Translations under genes and position numbers: made by a program
Notes under the pieces: generated by a model
The model's input: only the letters and a program-made list of their open reading frames with translations
What the model was told of the DNA's origin: nothing
Database searches by the model: none
Assembly (NCBI GenBank): GCA_036549705.1
Contig: JAXKHT010000004.1
Location: 1-57,226 of the forward strand
Length of the DNA: 57,226 nucleotides
Direction: 5' to 3'
Source of the DNA: Acutalibacteraceae bacterium
GTDB taxonomy: Bacteria; Bacillota; Clostridia; Oscillospirales; Acutalibacteraceae
In this document: positions 38,097-48,498 of the stretch, piece by piece
How positions within the stretch are numbered: the first letter of the stretch is position 1
Layout of the letters: each line of letters opens with the position of its first letter

Positions 38097-40028
38097 ATGA
38101 AAAAATATAGTCTATTAAAAAAAGCAACAGCAGTTGCTACAGCTACCACAATGCTGTTATCTACTGCACCACTTACAGCATTTGCTGAAGAAGACACTTC
38201 ATCATACATATATTATCTATATGAAAATACAATGACAGACGAAATGACAGGCATTACTGTAACAGGTAACCTGCCATATGATTGCAGAATGAATGTTTAT
38301 GTAAACTTTTTACAAGGCACAACTTATACAGATTTAAATGACAGCGACAGCGGAATATCTACTTTAGACGACATAGAAACAGGCTTCCCAAAGCTTGGCG
38401 GAAAACCTGTTACAACAATGTTTAACCCGCTAAATTGGGCAGAGTCTACTAAAGACATTGTAAACGAAGACCTTATCCCACAAATACATATTTCCTTTAT
38501 TAATGATTCTACAGTTTTAGATTTTGATTCTAATTTGTTAGTTACTGTACCATATGATTTTTACAAATATTACGGTGCAACCGCAGAAAATAACCAAGTA
38601 GCTGTTTTTACTAACGGTTATTCAGAAGATGACACAAAGGGCTTACAGGTTGTTGACCAAGAAAGAATTAATAAAAACTCCTTTACATTTAAGGCAGACG
38701 CACCAGGTACCTTCTATATTGGTAAACCTGATTCTTTAAAATCTTTTGCAACCAGCCTTGCAGTAACTCCAGAAGAAATAGAAATCCCTGAAAAAACCGG
38801 CGAAACTAAAGTAATTGATGTAACAGGAGAAACACATAAGGGATTAACTATTGAAACAACAAACCCAAGGCATCTAAAAGCCTCTGTTCAAGCACCAAAA
38901 GAGTTTGCTCCTTTTGCACATGATATTTATGATGGTAACTTTACATCATTAAAAGAAGATTATATGCAGGAAATGTACTATATTACTATGGAAGAAGAAG
39001 ACCCTGGCTTTATGTTTTCTGTAGAAAGAGGGGAATATGACGACCTTAGTAAAGAGGAAATTGAAAACCACTATTTAAGATGTTTTTCAACAACTACACT
39101 TGATAGAAAAGTTAAGGTAAGCATACCAAGCGACAATAAAGACCTTTATGTTATAAATGTTAACAATACATTTTCACCTTATCAGCTTGACGCAGAGTAT
39201 ATAGACGGAAAATATGTATTTGAAACAGATGACCTTGGCTACTTTATGTTAAGCTCACAGGCTATACCTGAATATAAAGAACCTGAACTAACACAGCAAA
39301 CTATAACAGACGAAAAAACAGGTATAACAGTTTCAGGTCTTTTGCCAAAAAACGCAGATATTGAATTTAATGTACTAACTTATTCAAGCTATCTTTATAC
39401 CGATTTTATGGACGCTGACAATGCAGCAGGATCATTTAGACACTCACGTTACTCTTTACCACAGCCTGATAAACTATATACCAATGTAGACTCAACATCA
39501 GAGGATTATACTGAAGATGTAGCTTGGAGTTCCTTAACAGACGAACACATTGTTAACGTACAAATATTGTTTAGAGATGGATTTAGACTGCTAGACTTTT
39601 CTTCTGATTTAACAGTTACATTACCTTACGGATTTGAGTATGCTTTAAGAGAGAATGTTAAAGCTTATAAAATCAATTATCATACTAACAACATAAATCC
39701 TGTAGAGGTTTTACAAAACGAGGACAAAGAAAACTTTACATTTAAAACAAATTCTATAGGCTCTTACCTTTTAGGTATTCAAAGTAATATAGATTATGTT
39801 CTAGGCGATGCTTGTGGCAAAATAGAAGAAGCAACAGAGGCTTCAACTAAAAACGATACACAAAACACAGAAGCTACAGCAGAAAATACAGATAATACAA
39901 CAACAGAAAAAGATACCGCCACTGCACCTGTTTCATCAACCTTGTTTACTATTTTAGCTATAGGTGGCGTAATATTAATTCTAGCTATTGGCGTTGTAGT
40001 AATTCTATTTAAGAGAAGAAGAAGATAA
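38097..40028 (+). CDS. Surface protein paralog 1 (signal peptide, modules A-B-A, C-terminal TM)
   Basis: Signal peptide ..TAFA, acidic modules, T/E-rich linker, TM + KRRRR. Confidence 0.85.
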   Translation: MKKYSLLKKATAVATATTMLLSTAPLTAFAEEDTSSYIYYLYENTMTDEMTGITVTGNLPYDCRMNVYVNFLQGTTYTDLNDSDSGISTLDDIETGFPKLGGKPVTTMFNPLNWAESTKDIVNEDLIPQIHISFINDSTVLDFDSNLLVTVPYDFYKYYGATAENNQVAVFTNGYSEDDTKGLQVVDQERINKNSFTFKADAPGTFYIGKPDSLKSFATSLAVTPEEIEIPEKTGETKVIDVTGETHKGLTIETTNPRHLKASVQAPKEFAPFAHDIYDGNFTSLKEDYMQEMYYITMEEEDPGFMFSVERGEYDDLSKEEIENHYLRCFSTTTLDRKVKVSIPSDNKDLYVINVNNTFSPYQLDAEYIDGKYVFETDDLGYFMLSSQAIPEYKEPELTQQTITDEKTGITVSGLLPKNADIEFNVLTYSSYLYTDFMDADNAAGSFRHSRYSLPQPDKLYTNVDSTSEDYTEDVAWSSLTDEHIVNVQILFRDGFRLLDFSSDLTVTLPYGFEYALRENVKAYKINYHTNNINPVEVLQNEDKENFTFKTNSIGSYLLGIQSNIDYVLGDACGKIEEATEASTKNDTQNTEATAENTDNTTTEKDTATAPVSSTLFTILAIGGVILILAIGVVVILFKRRRR

Positions 40029-40272
40029 TTAACAACCGTAAATATATTTATTGTATTATATTTTTTATCTTAATAGTATTCCTTTTTTATTGTAAGATAT
40101 AATATTAAAATTTTATTATATTTTATATTAAAATAATTAATATTAACTTCATATTTAATTAACAACTTTTCATTAAAAGAGGAATATAATCCATAAATCA
40201 CCAGTAATAAACATTAATAAACATTGGTAATAAATATTACTGGTGATTAAAGGATAATTAAGGAGATTTTTT

Positions 40273-41622
40273 ATGAAACAATATAACTTGCTAAAAAAAA
40301 TAACAGCTGTTGCTACAACAGCTACAATACTATTATCAACATTGCCATTTACAGCTTTTGCTGTAGAGGATAATACAGATGCTTATAAGGGAACAGAAAT
40401 TGCCACAGAGGAAAATAACAAAACTAATATACTTAATGCTTACAGCTATGTGTATAGAGGTATAACTGTTGAAACTTCAAATCCAAAACATCTAATAGCT
40501 ATAGCTAAATCAGCATCAGAAATTGCTCCTGAAGCCTACGGCTATTATTATGAAAATTATGAGTATTTCTTGGGCTTCAAAGAAGATTATATACAGGAAA
40601 TGTTCTATATATTTCTATACGAAGAAAGTCCTCAATTCTTAAATGACGTAGCAAACGGCAAATATGACGGATATACAGAAGATGAACTTGAAAAGGTTGC
40701 TCATCGCACCGTTGAAACAATTACATCTGATGAAAAAGTTAAAGTAAGCATACCATTTGATAAAAAAGATCTTCATATTATAAATATTAACGATATGTAT
40801 GCTCCTTACGAAGTAGAGGCAGAATACATAGACGGAAAATATGTGTTTGAAGCAAATAAGCTTGGTTATTTTGTGTTAAGCTCTCAGCCTTTACCAGAAT
40901 ATAAAGAGCCTGAATTAACACAGCAAACAATAACAGATGAATACACAGGTATTACTGTTTCTGGTCTTTTACCTACAAACGTAAAAACTGAATTTAATGT
41001 AGGTTTTTATTCCCACGTTTATTATACCGACATTAACGACAGCGACCATGTGGCTGGATCATTAAACGCCCCAGTCTATGCTATACCAAAGGCTGACAAG
41101 TTATTAACTATTGTTAATTCAGAAGAACACCCTCTACCTGAACACACAGAATGGCACAAATTTACAGACGGATATTCTCTTCAGGTACAAATCATATTTA
41201 GAGATGGTTTAAGACTACTTGATATTTCATCTGATTTAACAGTTACATTGCCTCACGGATTTAATCACCTTTTAGAAAAGGACGAAAACATTCTTGCTTA
41301 TAAAGCTAATTATGTAGATAACGTTGTAAATCCTGTACCTGTTTTACCAATTAAAGGTGACAACACCCTTTCATTCAAAGCAAACTCTACAGGTGCTTAT
41401 TTTCTTGGCATTAAAGAAAATTTAGATTTTGTTTTTCAAGACGCATATGCTTCTATAGATAAAACAATGGCAACTGCACCTCCTGTAAGTAGTACAGAAA
41501 CATCTGCAAGTGCAACAGTTCCTGTTTCATCAACATTGGTTACTGTGTTAGTTATAGGCGGTGTAATATTAATCTTAGGTATTACTTTTGTGGTAATTTT
41601 TGTTAAGAGAAAAAGAAGATAA
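40273..41622 (+). CDS. Surface protein paralog 2 (B-A, C-terminal TM)
   Basis: Signal peptide, AEYIDGKYVF, QTITDEYTGITVSGLLP, TM + KRKRR. Confidence 0.85.
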   Translation: MKQYNLLKKITAVATTATILLSTLPFTAFAVEDNTDAYKGTEIATEENNKTNILNAYSYVYRGITVETSNPKHLIAIAKSASEIAPEAYGYYYENYEYFLGFKEDYIQEMFYIFLYEESPQFLNDVANGKYDGYTEDELEKVAHRTVETITSDEKVKVSIPFDKKDLHIININDMYAPYEVEAEYIDGKYVFEANKLGYFVLSSQPLPEYKEPELTQQTITDEYTGITVSGLLPTNVKTEFNVGFYSHVYYTDINDSDHVAGSLNAPVYAIPKADKLLTIVNSEEHPLPEHTEWHKFTDGYSLQVQIIFRDGLRLLDISSDLTVTLPHGFNHLLEKDENILAYKANYVDNVVNPVPVLPIKGDNTLSFKANSTGAYFLGIKENLDFVFQDAYASIDKTMATAPPVSSTETSASATVPVSSTLVTVLVIGGVILILGITFVVIFVKRKRR

Positions 41623-41653
41623 TTTTAATTTAATTAGTAAGTTGGAGAACATT

Positions 41654-42991
41654 ATGAAAAATAAAAATTTACTTAACAAAATAACAAGCGTTGCAATTAC
41701 AGCAACAATGGCACTTTCTGCAACAGCTTTTTCTGTATCTGCTACAGAAAGCGAAACCTATATTATAGATGAATTTTTAGACAACGACAGCGGTATAACA
41801 ATGGAAAGTACCAGTCCTAAGTTTAGATATTTAGACACAACTACAGTACCAAAACAATACGCTGATAGCTATGATAGTAATGTAATGTATGAAAATGGCT
41901 ATAGTGAGGACTTCATTAAAGAGATTTACTATATAACAACTTATGACGGAGAAGATTATCAAGCCACACAGCTTAATACAGAGGCTACTTTAAGAATTAA
42001 ATCCGACATAAAAGACCTATATATTATAGACCTTAACGATTCTAACAACCCTGTTGATGTTAATGCAGAGTATGTTGACGGTAAGTATGAATTTAAAACT
42101 AACCATTTAGGATACTTTGCACTAAGTACAAAGCCTTTAGAAAATAAAGAATACACCTATTCAGAACAAACAATTACAGATGAAGACACAGGCATTATAG
42201 TAAAAGGCTTGTTGCCTGAAAATGTAAAGCTGGATGTAAGAGTAGAATTGTATGATGACGAGTTATATAGCCTGTCTTTTGACGGTGACGCAGAAACAGA
42301 TGACTCTGAGCCAACCCCAAATTTTGTTGACAAAATATTTTACACACCAACAATCAGCGACCTTTACACACTTAACTACAACCAAAAGCGTACATTTTAC
42401 CAAGAAGATTGGCTAAGTAGCGACTTTACTAACTTTACCGGTTTGGTTCCTAGAGTAGATGTAGTATTTTATGATGACTTTAGAATACTTGAACTAGACA
42501 CACCTTTAACAATAACATTACCTATTGATTACCGTAAATATATCGAAATTACCAAGGTTGATGAAAAAATAGACACTAAAATTATTGTGCTTCAATCTTA
42601 TCCAAAAGAAAACAAGCTACAGGGTGTAAAGCTACTACCTGCACAGGACTCTCCAGAGGGTAGCCTTGTAATTGAAAACAATTCAACAGGTTCATTCTTC
42701 ATTGGTAACAGAGGAAATTTAAATCATTTTTTATCTGAATATAATGGCTCATTAGATGACGTTAAGCTATATGAAGACAGCAACAATGGCACAGAAAACA
42801 CAGAAAACACAGAAGCTACTAGCACAGGAGAAATTGCTACTACTTTAAGTGATGCAGATAGCACCCAAACTACAGGAACAACTGCAAATGTTCCTGTTTC
42901 AAATAATGCAATTATTATAATAATTGTAAGTGCTGTACTATTAGCTATACTTGTTACAGTTATAGTAATATTTATAAAGAAAAAATCATAA
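41654..42991 (+). CDS. Surface protein paralog 3 (B-A, C-terminal TM)
   Basis: GGAG RBS, ATG 41654; signal peptide ..AFSVSA; FKTNHLGYFALS; TM + KKKS. Confidence 0.85.
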   Translation: MKNKNLLNKITSVAITATMALSATAFSVSATESETYIIDEFLDNDSGITMESTSPKFRYLDTTTVPKQYADSYDSNVMYENGYSEDFIKEIYYITTYDGEDYQATQLNTEATLRIKSDIKDLYIIDLNDSNNPVDVNAEYVDGKYEFKTNHLGYFALSTKPLENKEYTYSEQTITDEDTGIIVKGLLPENVKLDVRVELYDDELYSLSFDGDAETDDSEPTPNFVDKIFYTPTISDLYTLNYNQKRTFYQEDWLSSDFTNFTGLVPRVDVVFYDDFRILELDTPLTITLPIDYRKYIEITKVDEKIDTKIIVLQSYPKENKLQGVKLLPAQDSPEGSLVIENNSTGSFFIGNRGNLNHFLSEYNGSLDDVKLYEDSNNGTENTENTEATSTGEIATTLSDADSTQTTGTTANVPVSNNAIIIIIVSAVLLAILVTVIVIFIKKKS

Positions 42992-43123
42992 ATTATATAA
43001 TTTACTATTATTATAAACCTATATAAAACCCAATTATACAGTTTACAATATTTTCCACTAGTGATATAATTACAGTGTAGAATTTTATTTACAAATAGTA
43101 TTTTATGTAAAGGAGAGAATTTT

Positions 43124-44128
43124 ATGAAAAATAAGAATTTACTTAAAAAGCTAACAGCCGTTGCAATGACAGCAACTATGCTATTTGCAACAACAGCTTT
43201 CTCAGTTTCTGCTACAGACGCTGACGAAACTATTGCAACTATTGATGACAACGCAACAGCCAGCACTCAACCTACAGATGAAAACCCAGCAAACAATCTT
43301 GTATACAAAACTGTTTGCGATTTAGACACAGGCGTTACAATAGCTGGTTATATGCCTGAATCTCCTGAGTTTGATATTCGCATTAGAATGTGGGATTCTG
43401 AAATAATTAACGACAACGAGGAACCTCATAAGTTCAGCGACAAAATGTTTTCTACACCAACCTATGAAGACCACATAAATAATAACTTTAACAGCAATGG
43501 TAACTTCTACGACGAGGATTGGATTAATCCTAACTATCTAGCAGATGCTTGTGCTTATATCCCACAGATTGATATTGTTTTCTTTGATGATGATAAGGTT
43601 CTTGACCTAAAATCAAATCTAACTGTAACACTGCCTATTGATTACCGTAAATTTGCTGGTGTTAAAGGTTCTGACCAAAATGTTATGGTATTTAAGTCTT
43701 ACCCAGAGGAAAACACTATTAAGGGTTTAAAGGTTTTATCTCCTACTGACTCTCCAGCAGATACAGTTGTTTTTAAAACAGACTCTACAGGTACTTTCTT
43801 CCTTGGTAACGAGGAATATATGAACCAGTTCCTACGCTATTTTAATACTTCACTTGAAAATGTAGAAGTATATGAAAACACAGAGGAACCAGAAAACACA
43901 GAGCCTACAGATACACCAGAGGCTACAAACCCAACAGAGGATACAACAGATTCAGAAGAAGCTACAGAAAAAGCTACAGAAAAGGCTACAGATAAAGCTA
44001 CAGAAGATAAGGTATCTCCAAACACAGGCAATAATATCCCAGCAAGTGTTATGATTGTTGCTTTAGGTGTTCTATTAATAGTAATTGCGTTAACAGTGTT
44101 AGAATTTAAAAGAAAGCGTAATAAATAA
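43124..44128 (+). CDS. Surface protein paralog 4 (A only, SPNTG sorting motif)
   Basis: Signal peptide, DLDTGVTIAGYMP, ATEK-type repeats, SPNTG-TM-KRKRNK. Confidence 0.85.
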   Translation: MKNKNLLKKLTAVAMTATMLFATTAFSVSATDADETIATIDDNATASTQPTDENPANNLVYKTVCDLDTGVTIAGYMPESPEFDIRIRMWDSEIINDNEEPHKFSDKMFSTPTYEDHINNNFNSNGNFYDEDWINPNYLADACAYIPQIDIVFFDDDKVLDLKSNLTVTLPIDYRKFAGVKGSDQNVMVFKSYPEENTIKGLKVLSPTDSPADTVVFKTDSTGTFFLGNEEYMNQFLRYFNTSLENVEVYENTEEPENTEPTDTPEATNPTEDTTDSEEATEKATEKATDKATEDKVSPNTGNNIPASVMIVALGVLLIVIALTVLEFKRKRNK

Positions 44129-44254
44129 TAGAATTTCTGTTAATAAAGGTTAATTAATTAAAACAAAGGCTGCCACTTTATTCATTTTAAGGACGGCAGC
44201 CTAAATTATACCCTTTTTTCAATAAATTTAATTTCAAAAGGAGAATTTACTACT

Positions 44255-45559
44255 ATGAAAAATACAATATTAAAAAGATTATTAACTGTATCACTAACAG
44301 CTACAATGCTTCTATCTGCTACAGCTTTTTCAGTATCTGCTACAGAAAATGAAAAAAGCTACATTGTAACTGAATTTGAGAATGAAAATTCCGATATACA
44401 AATGGAAACACCTGACTCTGATTATGAGTACTTATATGTATCTAAAACATCATCTGAATACCCAGACTTCGACGGCTATACAGAAGATTATATTAAAGAT
44501 ATTTATTACATTTCAGCACACGCTTACTATAACCTAGTAACCCAGCTTATGTCAGAGGTTACTTTAAGCATTAAGTGTGACACACCGAATTTATATATTA
44601 TAGATGTTAACGATTCTAAAAACCCTGTTGACGTTAAGGCTGAATATGTAGACGGTAAGTATGTATTCAAAACAAACCATTTAGGAAATTTTGCACTAAG
44701 CACAAAGCCTTTGGAAAGTAAGGAATACACACTAAAAGAGCAAACCATTACAGACCCAGACACTGGCATTGTAATAAAAGGTATGCTACCTGAAAATGTA
44801 AATTATGATATTAAAGTAGCGTGGTGGGACCATGAATATATTGACGACTATGAAGAGTACAATAAATTTAGCGACGGTAGATTTTCTGCACCACCTATAA
44901 GCAATTTATACACATTTAACTATAACAGTGACGGTATTATTAATGACTATGGTTGGCTAGACCCAAAATCAGCTTCCACTTATGTTCCACAGATTGACAT
45001 TGTTTTCTATGACGAATTTAAGGTAATTGATGTTAAGTCAGATTTAACTGTTACACTACCTATTGACTACTATAAATACACAGAAATAGCAAACAACAGC
45101 AATGTTATGGTATTTAAGTCTTATCCAGAAGAAAACACAATTAAAGGTGTACAGGTACTATCTAAAGAAAACTCTCCAGAGGGTAGCGTTGTTTTCAAAG
45201 CAGACTCTACAGGTACTTTCTTCTTAGGTAATGAAAGTACTATGAATACTTTCTTATCTACCTTTGGTACTTCACTTAAAGATGTAGAAGTATATAATAA
45301 TACAAACACAAACGAAAACGAAAATAACGCTCCTACAGACGCAACACAGGCTACAGAAAACACAACAAACACAGATACCGATAAAGATACCGACCAAGAT
45401 AACAACAAAGATAATAGTAGTAAAGAGGACGAAAAGTCTTCTCCAAACACAGGGAATACCTCCCAAAACAATATTCTGTTTATTGGCATTGGAGTTGTTG
45501 TAATATTATTAGCTATAGTTGCTGTAGTTGTTATTAAAACAAAAAGACGCAAGTCTTAA
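44255..45559 (+). CDS. Surface protein paralog 5 (B-A, SPNTG sorting motif)
   Basis: Signal peptide, FKTNHLGNFALS, TITDPDTGIVIKGMLP, SPNTG-TM-KRRKS. Confidence 0.85.
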   Translation: MKNTILKRLLTVSLTATMLLSATAFSVSATENEKSYIVTEFENENSDIQMETPDSDYEYLYVSKTSSEYPDFDGYTEDYIKDIYYISAHAYYNLVTQLMSEVTLSIKCDTPNLYIIDVNDSKNPVDVKAEYVDGKYVFKTNHLGNFALSTKPLESKEYTLKEQTITDPDTGIVIKGMLPENVNYDIKVAWWDHEYIDDYEEYNKFSDGRFSAPPISNLYTFNYNSDGIINDYGWLDPKSASTYVPQIDIVFYDEFKVIDVKSDLTVTLPIDYYKYTEIANNSNVMVFKSYPEENTIKGVQVLSKENSPEGSVVFKADSTGTFFLGNESTMNTFLSTFGTSLKDVEVYNNTNTNENENNAPTDATQATENTTNTDTDKDTDQDNNKDNSSKEDEKSSPNTGNTSQNNILFIGIGVVVILLAIVAVVVIKTKRRKS

Positions 45560-45594
45560 TCATAATAAAATAAAATACCATTAAATAAGCATTA

Positions 45595-45635
45595 AAAAGC
45601 TACCATAGGGAATATAACCCAATGGTAGCTTTTTT
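45595..45635. terminator. Bidirectional terminator after paralog array
   Basis: AAAAAGCTACCAT..ATGGTAGCTTTTT. Confidence 0.8.
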
Positions 45636-45675
45636 ATAGCTTATAAAAATATTAAGTATCAAACAGCATACTGCT

Positions 45676-45846
45676 TTACTTTTTTCGTATAATCTTGGAA
45701 ACAGAAGAAACAAAAAAAGCAACAGCAAACCCCAGTATTATTTTCCCCAACAGCATTGAGAAAGCATTAAAAATCTTTAATAAAATTATTACTGCAAAAC
45801 AAATAATAGCCAACCCTACATAAAAATTTCTATTTTTTCCATTCAT
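45676..45846 (-). CDS. Small 56-aa two-TM membrane protein (not in ORF track)
   Basis: AGGAG RBS; MNGKNRNFYVGLAIICFAVIILLKIFNAFSMLLGKIILGFAVAFFVSSVSKIIRKK. Confidence 0.6.
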   Translation of the reverse strand: MNGKNRNFYVGLAIICFAVIILLKIFNAFSMLLGKIILGFAVAFFVSSVSKIIRKK

Positions 45847-46051
45847 TTTTTATTCTCCTAGAATTAATTAAGTAAATATTATCAACGTAAAATATTATAA
45901 CAAATTTTTACACTTATCACAACATATATTGCTAAAATTAATAACAATTTAACAATTTTCCCTAAACTCTTATTTACAATTTTTTACCTTGTGATATAAT
46001 GTAATTAAAATATTTTTAGCAATGAATACTTTCTGTTTAGGAGATTTTTTT

Positions 46052-46843
46052 ATGAATGAAGTAAATAAAACCTTATATATTACGCTGTATGGTAAATCTT
46101 GGGTAAGTAAAAAGGGTATAATTCTTAACGACCCTACTGCTGAAATGATATGGGAAAAAGAGGGGTTTCAGCTAAAGGGTAAGTCAAAATCTAAATGGCT
46201 TGCATATTATATGGCAATGCGTTCTGCTGTGTTTGACAACTGGGTAAAAGAGAAAATAGCAGAGAATAACCAGTCTGTTATAATTCACCTTGGCTGTGGT
46301 ATGGACAGCAGAATTAACCGAATAGCTAATCATAATAATATGTGGTATGACGTTGATTTTGCCGATGTTATAGATGAACGCCGTAAATATTACAGAGAAA
46401 CCGACACATATAAAATGCTGAAAGCAAATGTAATACAAACAGAATGGCTTAACAATATACCCAAAAATAAAAACGCCATAATTATTATGGAGGGTATAAG
46501 TATGTACCTTAATCCCACCGAAATTACAACTCTTTTAGATAGCATTACAAAATATTTTGAAAAGGCTAATCTTTTGGTGGATTGCTACACCGAGTTTTCA
46601 GCAAAGGCTTCCAAATATAAAAACCCTATAAATGATGTTGGTGTTACACAGGTAACAGGCTATGATAATTTATGCCAACTGGCAGAGGAAACAGGCTTTA
46701 CAACTGTACAGGAGCATAGTATGACACCTGACCATATGGTAAACCAGCTAGAGGGTTTTGAGAAATTCTTCTTTAAAACTGTTTTTTGTGGCTTTGCAGG
46801 TAAAAATATGTACAAGCTGTTTGAATTTGTATATAAAAAATAA
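46052..46843 (+). CDS. Class I SAM methyltransferase (LCM/TcmP-like)
   Basis: IHLGCGMDSR, WYDVDF..VIDERR, IMEGISMYL. Confidence 0.9.
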   Translation: MNEVNKTLYITLYGKSWVSKKGIILNDPTAEMIWEKEGFQLKGKSKSKWLAYYMAMRSAVFDNWVKEKIAENNQSVIIHLGCGMDSRINRIANHNNMWYDVDFADVIDERRKYYRETDTYKMLKANVIQTEWLNNIPKNKNAIIIMEGISMYLNPTEITTLLDSITKYFEKANLLVDCYTEFSAKASKYKNPINDVGVTQVTGYDNLCQLAEETGFTTVQEHSMTPDHMVNQLEGFEKFFFKTVFCGFAGKNMYKLFEFVYKK

Positions 46844-46864
46844 TAATTAGAAAGGATTTTTAAT

Positions 46865-47626
46865 ATGGATTTTCATTCATTTGGCAACATAGAAAACCCA
46901 ACAATGTTGCTTATTCACGGTGTATTAACCCCTTGGCAGATTTGGAATCAGCAAATAGAGCATTTTAGCAAAAGCTATTATGTAATTGCTGTAGCATTAG
47001 ACGCTCATACAGAAGAGCCAAGCGAGTTTATCTCTATTGAAGATGAGGCTTACACTATAGAAAATTTCTGCATTAATAACGAAATTACAACTATTGACGT
47101 TCTTTGCGGACTTTCTTTAGGGGGTGCTATAGCACACCTTATCTGGAAAAACGGTAAAGTTAATGTAAATACTCTAATTTTAGACGGTGCTCCACTTGTT
47201 CCTTGTGGCGAGCTTATAGGAAATATATTAACAAGCTTTTATGTGGATATTATTAAAAAGTCAAAGGCTAGAGATGAAGACACCTTGAAATCTTGCACAG
47301 AGGAATTTCTACCAGGAAAATATTTAGAGGACTACCTAAAAATTGCAGACAACATAAGCATTGACTCTGTAAAGAATTTAATATCTTCTGTAAGCACCAG
47401 CAATCTATGTACTACTGTAGATAACCATTCAAATATCCTATTTATACACGGTAGCAAGGGTAATGAGGTACTTGCAAAGAAATCTGCAAAGAAAATGCAA
47501 AAGAATTATCCAGAAACCACAATTAAATATTTTAAAGACGACCCACACTGCTACAGAGCATTACGCAAACCACAGGAATGGATAGAGGTTGTACAGGAAT
47601 ATTTAGACAGCACTGTAAAACACTAA
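46865..47626 (+). CDS. Alpha/beta hydrolase
   Basis: LLIHG, GLSLGG nucleophile elbow, C-terminal His. Confidence 0.88.
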   Translation: MDFHSFGNIENPTMLLIHGVLTPWQIWNQQIEHFSKSYYVIAVALDAHTEEPSEFISIEDEAYTIENFCINNEITTIDVLCGLSLGGAIAHLIWKNGKVNVNTLILDGAPLVPCGELIGNILTSFYVDIIKKSKARDEDTLKSCTEEFLPGKYLEDYLKIADNISIDSVKNLISSVSTSNLCTTVDNHSNILFIHGSKGNEVLAKKSAKKMQKNYPETTIKYFKDDPHCYRALRKPQEWIEVVQEYLDSTVKH

Positions 47627-47648
47627 AAAAATTAAAGGGACAAACCAT

Positions 47649-48365
47649 ATGGAAACACACAAAGAAAGCAGTATTAACAATGGCATACAGTTAAACACCA
47701 TTGCCCACATATATACAGACTTTCCTACAAAATTTGGTGTGCCACGCCAAAGTGGTTTAGTAAATACATTACAGGGTAAAATTATTTTTGAAAAGGAATA
47801 TCAAAACCCTGATGCTGTTCGTGGACTAGAGGAATTTACACATATATGGTTACTGTGGCACTTTTCCCAAAGCAACAATAAAAATGGGTGGTCACCAACA
47901 GTACGACCACCAAGGCTTGGTGGCAATAAAAGAGTAGGTGTATTTGCCACAAGGTCACCCTTTAGACCTAACCCTGTGGCACTTTCAGCTGTAAAGCTGG
48001 ATAAAATAGAGCTAACCAAAGAGAATGGGCCTGTGCTGTATGTTTCTGGTGCAGACATAGTTAATGGTACACCTATATTAGACATTAAGCCATACTTACC
48101 TTTTGTAGACTCTGTACCACAGGCAGTTGGGGGCTTTGCTGACAAAGTTAAGGATTATAACCTGAATGTAGAATTCCCTACAGAGCTTTTACAAAAAATA
48201 CCACAACAAAAACAAACAGCGTTATTAAACATATTAAAAGAAGACCCCAGACCTTCTTATCATAACAACCCACAAAGAGTATACGGTTTTCAATTTGCAG
48301 GGTTTGAAATAAAATTCACTGTAGATAACCTTACATTAAAGGTTGTAGATTTGGAAAAATTATAA
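47649..48365 (+). CDS. trmO: tRNA (m6t6A37) methyltransferase TrmO
   Basis: KFGVPRQSG, VRPPRLGGN, GVFATRSPFRPN, GTPILDIKPY. Confidence 0.95.
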   Translation: METHKESSINNGIQLNTIAHIYTDFPTKFGVPRQSGLVNTLQGKIIFEKEYQNPDAVRGLEEFTHIWLLWHFSQSNNKNGWSPTVRPPRLGGNKRVGVFATRSPFRPNPVALSAVKLDKIELTKENGPVLYVSGADIVNGTPILDIKPYLPFVDSVPQAVGGFADKVKDYNLNVEFPTELLQKIPQQKQTALLNILKEDPRPSYHNNPQRVYGFQFAGFEIKFTVDNLTLKVVDLEKL

Positions 48366-48498
48366 TAATTTTCAATACTCACTGGATAAAACCAGTGGGT
48401 ATTATTTTTGTTGCAAATTATGTAATTATTCATAGTTACCTTTTGCAGATATGAAAAAAGGGTGGCAATCGCCACCCTGTCAGGATTATTATTTATTA

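Noticed and set aside
43961..44008. 12-bp ATEK-type repeat as a phase-variation site
   Set aside because: In-frame, degenerate linker repeat; length change would not switch expression.
38097..45559. Cellulosome scaffoldin or pilus cluster
   Set aside because: No dockerin Ca-binding repeats, recognisable cohesins, pilin YPKN/E-box motifs or adjacent sortase.
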